A DNA stretch of 63,635 nucleotides, the filler included, from Choristocarpus tenellus KU-1152 (lineage: Eukaryota; Protista; Phaeophyceae), in the NCBI GenBank assembly GCA_964200185.2. It is 8 parts of 8 records of this genome, joined end to end, with 100 filler letters (N's around TTAATTAATTAA, not from the genome) between each part and the next. Parts side by side here need not be neighbours in the genome. Positions count along the whole stretch, not along the records: positions 1 to 20,221 come from CAXNAD020000410.1; 7 more parts are not named here. One strand, written 5' to 3'. A program made the position numbers and the translations under genes. The stretch's first letter is position 1; each line of letters begins with the position of its first letter. The notes under the pieces were generated by a model, which searched no databases, was not told where the DNA came from, and was given only the letters and a program-made list of their open reading frames with translations. Shown here piece after piece: positions 1 to 10,900 of the stretch.

Positions 1-1262
1 CATGATATTGAGGTCGGGGGAGTTAGATGGCTATGTCACAAGCCTAATTGACCACCCCTCAGTCTTCCCTGCCCCTAACAAGATTTCTGAGTTACCCTTG
101 CCCGTGTGGGGGGTGGCACCATCTTGCTGAACGACAACGTGCTTCCTCTGCAATCAAGGCATCTTGGTCTTGATTGCAGGCAGTAACTCCTCCACTTAGC
201 ACTTCCTGTACCACAAATGGTCTAAGGTACAGCCCTGCTCATACACATCCCCCTTTTTATGGTTCTTGCTTGTCCTGTCTGCTGTTTTTTATGCACACAG
301 ACGCCAAACACCAAGCTTTCCATCAAAGCTGTGAGTCGAATCTGGGTGGTCATTGGCTGCAATGATCATGGTTTTGGGGATATGACTCTTCTGCTGCAAA
401 GTGGGGGACCCTGGAAGGTCATTATCATCCTCATGCGGAAATACCCTAACCCTTTCCCCATCAGCCATCACGTAAAACCAGGTTCAACCACATGGATCGT
501 GTTCAACATGGAGGGTAACACATCACGTTTCCAGTCCACTTGGTCGCAAACAAAGTCCATTCTCCGTACCTTTTGGACGATGTAAGCTTGGGTTTGATCC
601 AGTGGAAATTCAGCAAGGCCCCCATATCATCCACCTGTTTATGGTGCTTGTGCTATAATTCAGCCCCTTGGCGGCCATCTTCATTGTCACCTTACACACT
701 ATGGATGACCAATTATCGGAGTTGATACACTATATATTGCGGCTATCTTGGTCGGTGTGAGCTCTGAAGGCCACCCACTACGTGCCGCCACCCTTAGGTC
801 AAGCATGTGGGCACGGGCGAGCTGATCGGCGTTGTCCTCCCAGAGCCCTTGCATGAAACACTCGGACACTCCAAACTTCGCTGTGAGGGTCGGCCCAACG
901 TGTTGTGGCCGTTTATGCTCACCAGGGATCATCATGAGGGCGTGCTGTGCTGCAAGCGCAACCCTGGTATTCAGGGACACTTTGGGCACCCTTCCTACAC
1001 GAGGAGGTCAACAGGGGGGTTGCCATGCCAACGTTCTGACCCTTGACGTGCCCAGTTCTGGCCTCAAACTCACCTCAAAAGACACCTATTTTGACGGCTT
1101 GAAGCACCTTGAGTTTGTACCTGATGATCCTCGACCCCCACCTTTTCTGAAAGCTGAGATTATCAACCCGATTTCATTCTGTGGGGTTACCATCCAATTT
1201 GGCACCATTCTCACTTGGCAACACCAGATGTTTCACGGCACAAACTTATGGCACAGAGGTAC
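1..1262 (-). mobile_element. Degenerate Tc1/mariner (plant-type DD39D-like) DNA transposon, truncated by the window start; presumably intronic in the RF1 gene
   Basis: Minus-strand translation gives KSHIPKTMIIAA..FDGKLGVW, then VVVQQDGATPHTGKG...*PSNSPDLNIM, with in-frame stops. An N-terminal segment starts at ~989. The terminus at ~1240-1262 (caaacttatggcacagagg) resembles the TIR at 61555-61580. Confidence 0.85.
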
Positions 1263-2316
1263 TAGTCCCCCTGATACCCCTTGAACATATTGCATCCCTA
1301 TCAACATGTCAAGGTTCCTTGATTGACAGTGTAGCAGACGAGAGTACTATTCACATCAATATATCAGCTGATACTCTTGCTTAAATACACTCTGTAGGTG
1401 CAAGACATGGGAAGCCCAAACAAACAGGAACATGTTTCCAGCAGTGGCAGCACCGTTGACTGGCATCAAAGCTCTTTTCCTTTCACCTCACATGAACACA
1501 CGTATTTCAAACTATATTATCCTCCTAGTAGTATCACTTACAATCTTCTTGCATTCCTGAGTGGAGGTACAGACTGTTGGTTCCACATCACCTATATCAT
1601 TTCAAGTTTTTCTTGTGGCATTGTGAAACATTGCACTATTCCACATACTTTCCAACGCTCTTTCATGGTGTGTTGGTGTGACACAGTGGAGTACCACAGG
1701 GACTCGTTGTTCTTACCACACATTTCACCATTGGAAGGATAGCTTATGAAGGCACAGGCAGTGGGCTACATTCCACATCACCCTACATACCTTCATGGCC
1801 ACATACTTACACTGAATCTAGCAGCACTTGTCAGGAAATGAACGACAAATGGTGCTCCTTAGAAATTCAGCAGAGTTTCGTATGCCAGAGTACTTCAAGA
1901 TCGTATGTCAGGAGGTGTTTTCACTTCAGTTACAACCCAGGTATGTGAGCTCAATTTACACCATGGCAGTTCTCCCAAGATATTTCAGTACAGCTAAGGG
2001 TAGCTGCATGCAAATCCAAATTTGAACACAAGTTTAGATGATTGCTCCCTAGCATTTTGTTCCATGCTCCTGGAACATTCTGGACACAAACTGAGTTCCT
2101 ACAGTTCCAACAGTTATTGCAAGTAGTCAATAAACGAGAGTATCATAGGAACGCTGCCTCTCAATAAATTGAACATCCACCTAACCGAAGCTGCATTGAT
2201 ATTTTCAAAAAGAACAGGCAGTTTGGACGCAGGAAGAGATAATGCAAGGGCTTTACTTTCGATTACCTCTAAGGACTCTCTTGTTGAACACAAGAGAAGA
2301 TGCTACATAGTCTCAC

Positions 2317-5300
2317 CTGGGCAATAAGTATTGCAAAATATATCTTTCCATGTCCAGGATCTCACGCTTGCACTCCTTGTGCTCTTCCTTTGCTAGTTGA
2401 TACAACTCCTTATCTGTGTTGTCACTGCTTCTCTTGCCCTGAGTCATCACCTACCATGCGGTTGTGATAACCAAGGTAGACAATCAAATGTATGCTTCTT
2501 AACCGAGGCATAATGTATATACTTAGCAGGCATCACACTATCATTAGGCTTGTGTTTTCTACAATTAATATTAATATTCTCACTATGTTTTGAGGAGGTG
2601 ATCAGCAGCATGACAAAGCATGCAGGGAAGAAGCAAGCTATTCACTGCAAAATTTTGATGTTACATCAACAATAGCATTTGCACTGAATATTTTTTAAGG
2701 TTTTCTAACTCTAAAGTGGGGTTATGCTGAATCTTTGCATTCTTATTCTTTGTTCTCAATTCTATACTGTTTATCTGGTTAGTGGTGATTGTTTTGTCTC
2801 TATCTTTACACTTTCGTATTTGAGTGCTTTAATCGCTTGTCTATGGGTAGAGGCTTTCCTTTCCCAGTTAGGATTTATGCAGTCAGCTTTTACTTGGTCC
2901 AGGTCTTTTCTATCCCAACTGAACATGTGTCAACATAACGCCCGAAAAACGAATCTACCTTTTGACCTGTTCTGGCTGAATTGATATTAGTGTTAATAGT
3001 ACATATTATCTGATCACATGTGTTAAAGAATTAGTGTTCCCAAGACTTGTGTATGTAAATAACTCGACTAGTTCCTTACTATGCAGAACAGGTTGTACAT
3101 GAAGTGTTGTACTATAATAACCCAGATAATATTCTCACGATTACTCAACAGAAAGCTTTCCTATCAATTATCCCGTTATCGAATCATAATAGTTCGACAA
3201 CTCAATATTTCTCCTACAGAATAATCTTTTACACATGAATAAAAAGCATATTCTTAAAATGAATGCAGTAGAGAGAAATAGAAAATGCTCAGCAGCATCT
3301 ACATCTCCCTGTCTACAGTACCTGAAATGATGCCAACATATTCACAGGCATTACAGGCCTTTCATGTATGTTAGAGAGAGGGTTATTATTCATAATAGAT
3401 GGTATCGAATAGAGTCTCTCCAAAAGTAAGGAGGGGGTTGATAATCAGCAATTCCAATCTACTAGGAGGCGTTGAATGGGTTGGTCAATGTCCAAATATA
3501 TCATTTCAGGTTCTGTCAAAGAGGGAATGGTCTTCCAGTCAACTGGTTTCTCAGTCAGAAATTCCTCAAGGTGACTCAACATTTGAGAAAGAGCATCGAG
3601 GTGTTTAAGGGAAAAAGAAACAAGCCAACATTTCAGAAGTCTTGAATCAGGAACTCAACAAACATCTATTCATAGTAAGGCAGTAGATACGAGAAAATTT
3701 TGTGTTGGTAAAATATTGGAAGGAGAAGGGAAATGCTAAGAGTAGCTAGACAAGGCAAAGCATTACAGTCAGTGACCCATGCAAGCCGCTATACCACAAT
3801 ATTGATGTATGAAATTGACAGTAAAAAAAAACTCCTTCAGCCTTATCCTTGAAATTTATCATTTGCAATTTGGATTGTGCATAAAAAACATGGTGCTCAG
3901 GCATTTCTGTCTCGATCAGTACCACTAATGAGATGACAACATTGACTGTGACATCTTGAAGGCACTGGGAAGCAGACAGGAGGAATTCTCTGCCGACTTG
4001 ATTGCTCACCAGATAAATGGAGGTATGAATTATTTTAGAAATGTATCTTACATGATTGATAAGGCATTCAAAATTACACACCTAAAAATAATCTAAATAA
4101 TTAATGTCGTGTGACATCTTACGGATGTTGTCAAGAGGAAGACAAAGACAGACTAGGTAACCATCACTCTTCACAAACCATTTCTTGATTGACTCTTCCC
4201 ACACATGCCTGCTGGCTTAGAGAATATATATAGTAGTATAAAACTCATTTGAAGATTTGAGGTGCCTGTTTACACTTCTTCAGTCCGTAGCAATACAGCA
4301 GCAAGTACTTGTTAGTAAAACATCATACAACCAGCACATATTTGGGGTGTTTTGTTGGCCCACAAAATGCATGTCCAGGTCAGCCAGGACACACACTGAC
4401 CAAGAACAAAACTGGGCTATCCCCACAACTGGACCTTTCAGACCCCTCACTGGGTCAACCCTTGAAGGAAACATGGACACATGCTACCACAGGCCGCCTG
4501 GACCAGAACTTCCAGAAACCTCAGCAGCCCAAAGCTGACCTTATCAGAACATACTCAACAGGGCTATGGTTCAGGCCTTTCAGGAACATCAGCAGTCAAG
4601 GGTTAGACCTTCAATAAAATATGTAACACCAGGCAACACAAAGACCAGACCTTTCAGATGCCCCTCGACTCTGCGAACGCCCTGAAAAAAGTAGTTGGCG
4701 CTCTTCTCAAAACAGCAATTATCAACTTAGTATGCCAAAAAATACAGGAGAAATATGTCCTAGGTCTCTTAACCCTACCACGCTGTGAAATGGTATGATG
4801 TGAGCAAGTCATAGGCCAAATCATCCATCATTCAGGTCAATACAAGCACCAGTTAGAGGGCCATTGTTAGATGCAGGGCCACATACATGTACCCAACAAC
4901 AACAAAACATTAGATGCCATGGTTTAACCTTTCCACAGTTGCACAAAGAGTAAACATGTGACTACTTCAGTATGACAAAGCAGGTAGTAGTAGTAGAGGT
5001 GAATTATTCAGTCACTTGTTGCACAAGGAGTGGACTTCCAGACTCAGCTCAGTAGGGCTTGTGTATATGGTAATTGACGATAAAATTTGGCAGCTCTCTC
5101 TTTACCACCGTGGATGCATCCCCCAAGGTGTCCTTTTCAAAAAACAAATCAAGCGTTGCAAGTCTCCAGAGGTAGCCCTTGCAGTAGTAGATTAACTGCA
5201 GTTTGTCTACAGACTACAGGAACACAAGAATGTAATCTGCTGTATCATATACCTGTCCTATAGCCAACAAGAGAAAAAAGAGGTTTGGCAAATACCCATA

Positions 5301-7776
5301 CAGGGCTAGTTGTAAAATATGGGGACGAGTGTCAGCTTTCATAAGCTGCAGAGAAAAAAAAATGAACTAGTATTAGTCACATGTTAAAATTAAAAGATTG
5401 AGAAAAAAACACTCCTTGCACACTACAAGAAACAAATTGGCATTTTTATTATTGCTTTTCTGTAAGCCAGTAAGGCTCTACAAAACTAAAATTGGGACTG
5501 GCTCTTGCAGGGATATGACAGTCAAGCAGGACTGAAAGGAAGCCTTTGAATTTCTCCTTCTTCAAAATGACCAGGTATATGCAGCAGGTCCAATAATGAG
5601 AAAAGAGAGGAATTTCTCACTTTAACATGGAAATTTCTCCATTGCATAGTTCTTCCACATACTTCATGTGATATTATTTTGGTGTATACAACATACTTAG
5701 TGGGACTTCACCAAAAGGTCAAGAAAAGGGCTGAAGGTTCTGGGATAACCTTCATTATAGATTTTGTTGTGAGGTACATCAAACAATGCAGGTTCATTAC
5801 TTACTACAAAAGTAATCAAGGTAGTGCAATAAATATACCAACTGAAAGGAACCTATTCTTTCCTCATATATTCAAGAGCATATGGGCAGGAGTGATTAGG
5901 TTCTCCCTTGACCCAGGGTACCTATACTTATCTGATCCACAATGTTGGATCAACAGTTTACACCTACAATGCGCAGCAATCAGTGACTCCTAACCCTCCC
6001 TATATCGCTTCCCTATAGTTGAAAGACCATCATGGTGTGGTCAGGTTGTCTCGGTTCATCTTAAACCTCAAGAGTTGTGTCCACTAAGTTGGGGGTCTCT
6101 CACAGGGAAGATGAGTAAGTAAAAATGCTCCAAAAACTGCATAGCTTTGAATTTTTTAATTGAGGTTGAAATATGTTGACAAGCATGTCACATACATATA
6201 TCCCAACCAACATGACAAAGTGCAAGGTTGGATGCAACTCAGAGGTTGAAATTTGTCATAGAAAGCTGCATTGCAAATGTCCAAGAGGTTCAAGGGGCAT
6301 CTCAGAACTACTCAAAATAGAAAATAAATATGTAATAGCACATGTATTTTCCATGATAAATGCACATTGCAGAGCAGTATTGACTTTGACCTTCAATCCA
6401 AGTCCCCTTACATTGGTGAAGATGCCCTGGAAGTAATTGTGCTGAAGTATAGAACAGGAGATGTATCAAGTATTGCACACTTGTTCAATAATTCTGGCAC
6501 TAAGGACCCTGCATAAGACAACAGACAACAGGTCATGGACCATGTAGCAATCCCCACAATCAAAGAACAAAACACAGCCAAGCCCATGTCTACACAGAGG
6601 ACTCCACAATCCTGGTTGCATAAATTACTCCAGTATTTCTCGCCAACGAAAGTGTGCATTTCAAGAAGTGGTATTATGTAGAGCAAACTGTCAAGTATTA
6701 GTATCAACTTGGTTCCTATCCGGAAAAGTAACCGCCAGCTAAAGGCAATGTCACACCTGGAATGACAATGTAATTAGCAGGGTTGTTTCTCTCTGGACAA
6801 CGAACTTTGCCCCTTGCCGCATATTTAGCAGCATACCGCAAGGATTCAACGGCTCGCTGCATGAGGGATAGAGATACTGAGGCCCCGACGATAGTGAAGA
6901 GAGGGATGTCCTTGTGTAACATGGTTCACCACGACATGACACTCATAACCACGGTCATCCATAGACGGGGGGATGTCCCCGTCCAGTAACGCGGTACTCT
7001 AGCGAAATTCTCCAACCTCCTTGTATATGCGAGATGCAACTGAGCCCTAACAAGTTTTTGGTTGTATTGGTTGTATCTTCTATTGGTCAAGTACTGGTTG
7101 GTATGTCGAACTTGCAGCTGCCCTCTGACAGACCCAATATCAGCACTAACTGTTCAAGGGGGGAGTTCCAATGTTGATTCTTCCACCTGGGGATTTGGGT
7201 CTGATGTCAAGCTGACCTCAGACTCTGTGGTCTTCATAGAAGGTAGCGATGTTGCAAGGGTGCAGGAGAGGATCCAAGCGAGTTTCTCTAAATTCTTGAA
7301 CTTTGGACTCCCTCTCTCTCTCCGGCAACAAACGTCCAAGAAATAACGTCATTACGGACATAATGTTTCAGAGAAAGCCATATCAGTTTCCTTTCGCGTA
7401 CAGTATCATCGTTTGGATTCTCTCACCTCTTCTAAATCCTTGATCTCTTCCTTCTTTGCCATCCAGGTAGATCCTTGGCTCAAGACAGTATCCAACGTGC
7501 TCAATTCCCTAGCTAAACTGTTCATCTCCTCTCCTCGCACCGTTCCCGCAGTGATAGAAGCCAATATGTGTTTCTGTCGTCTGTGTACATGAGATAGAGA
7601 TGAAGGCAAGTTGATGCAAATCTTAATCTCAAGAGGGACCACCCAACCTGACATGCGGATTAGGGCACACACCTCTTCAGCTCGTCCAATCTTCCCTGGA
7701 TGGAGAATGTGCACAGACGGCACACTTTGCGCATGGGGGGCAGCCGAAGCATGTTTCTGGAAATGTGATGAAGCAT
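2317..7776 (-). CDS. prfA: Organellar (probably mitochondrial) class-1 peptide chain release factor RF1, first three exons: 7776-7673, 7580-7427, 2450-2317; continues beyond the window start
   Basis: Phase-consistent GT-AG splicing gives MLHHISRNMLRLPPMRKVCRLCTFSIQGRLDELKRRQKHILASITAG...LARELSTLD...KKEEIKDLEE|VMTQGKRSSDNTDKELYQLAKEEHKECKREILDMERYILQYLLPR. This matches the RF1 N-terminal helical domain (EL..LA.EE...LLP). The N-terminus is Arg-rich and acid-free, like a presequence. The GGQ and PxT motifs are not in the window, so RF1 versus RF2 is not formally fixed. Confidence 0.8.
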
Positions 7777-7986
7777 TCTTGATCACTGTTCCTATCATAT
7801 ACTATAATGTTAAAATATTACCCTTATCAAAATGTTGGCAGAACCGCCTCCTTTTTCCTTGAAACCTACCAATTCAAATTTGAGAAACTTCGTCAATAAC
7901 TCCAACATTAAATTTTGAAGGAGTATGACCAATACTGCACCTCTCCAAACTTGCGGGCTGAACTTCAAAGTATCTCCAATTGAGAG

Positions 7987-10900
7987 ATGGATAGCTCTCT
8001 GAGATCATCATTGTTTTCTGTTGTCGATGCCGACGCTGTTGAGAAGGAGGTCCTGCGGGAAGCGGAAGTCCGGGCCAGAAATTCGTCACGATTACCCTTC
8101 ACCCCACCCCCTATTCCCCCCCCAATTGGATTTGGTCCGTCAATATTGCATGTTTTCTCTCCATATCCTTCTCCTCTAGTACTCCGAATTGTCGCCGGTA
8201 AAGCTAGGAATGAAAGCCGAACACTGCGAGGGAATGGTGTGGTTAACCTGGCAGCGATGGACAAGGTGATGGTGCCATGGTGGGGAGGGTTATGGTTGGT
8301 TTGGTACGATATATACAGATCCATATAAAGTATCTCTTTCTCATTTGTGATTCCCCACACTCCACGATTTAATGATGGAAAGGTTCGTATGAAGCAGCAA
8401 ATACTGAATGCTCTTCTACGACAGAGGTCGGGAAGCGACTCGGACGATGAAGCTGGATATGGAGGGTCCAGCATTGAAGATAAAGACAATGAGGACAGCA
8501 TCACCGCCTCGCAGGGAGGGGACCAGGAACACCGAGATGAACTTATTCGAACTGGAGCTATTACCCCCTTGGACTCTCCTCCAGTCAGCCAACGTCAGAG
8601 AGGTCGCATGACTCTTATGGAGCACAAGATCGCTGAGGGGATGACAGTTAAACTTCCTCATTCACACAGGTCGAAGGGAGACACTACTAGAAGTGCTGAA
8701 AAAGGACGGAGTGATCCTGTGCAGGATCACCTGCTACAAGCAGAGCGAGAAGACTTGCAGAAATCGATGCAGGACTATTCCATTTTGACAGAAAACAACC
8801 CACCAGAGCCTTCTATGAGAGGGACAGAGACAATGCAACAGAGCCTGACTATGGGTAGTAAGGAAACTAGTTCTCCAGAGGGGTGGGAATGCCCCAAATG
8901 CACGCTTGTTGGCCCGTATGATGCTTTGAGGTGCGTGGCATGTGGACAGAGGAAACCCCGGAACCGTAAGTACCAAACAAGAATGGGCATGGATGAAATT
9001 GTGGTTTGCCCACTGTGCAAACATGTGCTAGGTACTGGGAGTTCCGCCAAACCTGATATACTCATCAGCAAGCACATAGACACATGTGAAAAAAGAAAAG
9101 ACGGACAGGAAGGCCAGGAGTGCATACTAAGCAGAGGGTCAACTGACGACTACTCAGGTGAAGTTTGAGCAAACCTGCAAAACATGGAACTAGAGTATAT
9201 TACCACTCTTGGCAGTGTAAGACATACTTTGTAGTCCCAATGTTAATTTTATTGTTCTAGTTATGAGCTTCGAGATGGTTAAATATTTGTACTCAATAGC
9301 TTGCCTCCATCCGTGCTGTTCACATGGAATGGACACTACACCATCAAGGCAATAGTAATTACTCCAAGTCTCAAAGTGCCTTTAGAGCATCAATGATGGC
9401 ATCCACTTGCTTTGAACACCTCTAGAGTTTTGTGCATCAGTGCAGCTTCACGAGCTCATGAAGTTTCCTGGGTTTCCTTGCTTGTTAGGGTCTGAGACTG
9501 ATGAGAAGTCTGAAAATCCAAGTGGAAGGAGAACCAACTCTGCAGCTGGCAAGAAGAAACAGAAAAAGAGATCAGCCAAGGACCAGAAAGTCTTGAGCCA
9601 AAGCAACCAAGCAAAAAAAGCAATGCTATCGCATGCATCACACGCACCAGAGGTTTTGAAGATCACTCGAGGTAACAAGGCGTTTCGTGGCCTTGTGGAC
9701 GATTATGATATGGTGGACTACAATGCCAGGAAGGTGGGACAAGTGCAGATCTGGATTTAATGACCATATCCAAGTCACAAGTATAAATTTCTGTCCATGC
9801 TTTGGCATCTATGGCATGGACAAATATTGGATGCAATCTTTATCACGTCCAGAGGTCAGGTATTTTATCATTGTGTTCCTTGTGTCCCACATGCTCGACT
9901 ATCCACACCAAACTGCAAAATGCCTTCAGAAGGAATATAGTCAAGACAAATTGCCACTACCAAACTCTGAGGAGTATTCTAAGGGAATGATGGACACTGG
10001 AGATTTTGGTGGTGGCCTTAAAATGGAAGAAGAGACTGTCTCCCGACTTTTTCGGTTCCAAATCACAGGTGCTAGTCTCGCTTGTTGAAGTGCTTGTGAA
10101 AAAGACACTGAAATCTATAGTAATATTATGCAGCCAAGTACTTTGTTGCAGGAGGCAGAATTAAGACTGGAAGTATGGATGAAAGAAAACGGTAAGCACA
10201 CAGTTGCTTTCATCCAAGATGACATAGAGTGTTGGAGTAGTGAGGGGATCAAGCTTGCTGCTTCAAATATTGTTCATTTGTGTAATGAAGAATGTGTAGT
10301 TTAATGTCTTTACAGCACATGGCAGCAAAGAAATCCTTATGAATTCCACATGTTAACTTGCGTACACCTTGATGTCTACTTTGTTGCAGGGTTAATACAT
10401 TTGTTTGTGATTTCACTGCATGCAGATATAGAAATTATACTTGGGTGAATTATGTTTTGGCCATGACGACTACAACCGGTACTATTGCAAAGATTCATTG
10501 GTAAATCTGCTGTTATATTGGTGCATGATAGCAGTCTTGTGATAGCTAGTACCTGTATCAACTTCTGTAGGGATTGGGACAATTTATAATGCACACAAGA
10601 TTATATTCTGCATCAATCTCTTCCCACAAAGAATGTATCTGAGGTTTCATTCGCCAGGGAAGTGCTAGCCAGTCAAAGCATCGCCAGCCATGCACACCCT
10701 GGCTTGAATATTTCAGTACCACTTCATTTATCCCTGAATCCAAGAATTACGTAAAAGTGCCAAATGTTGTCTTTTTACGACAAAGGTCATGCTGAGTACT
10801 ACATTTGCATTGTGTTCTCAAATTACAGCTGTGATGAGATGGAAATTCAGAAAAAGTAAGACGCAAGATTTAATGTCACTTATGCAACCGAAATTTCAGC

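Noticed and set aside
6716-7350. Overlapping short ORFs inside the RF1 intron as a nested gene
   Set aside because: No motif, interrupted by stops; most likely transposon debris that I cannot classify.
7406-7798. 130-aa ORF as a stand-alone gene
   Set aside because: Only 7427-7580 is coding (RF1 exon 2). The rest is intron read-through and the wrong frame of exon 1.
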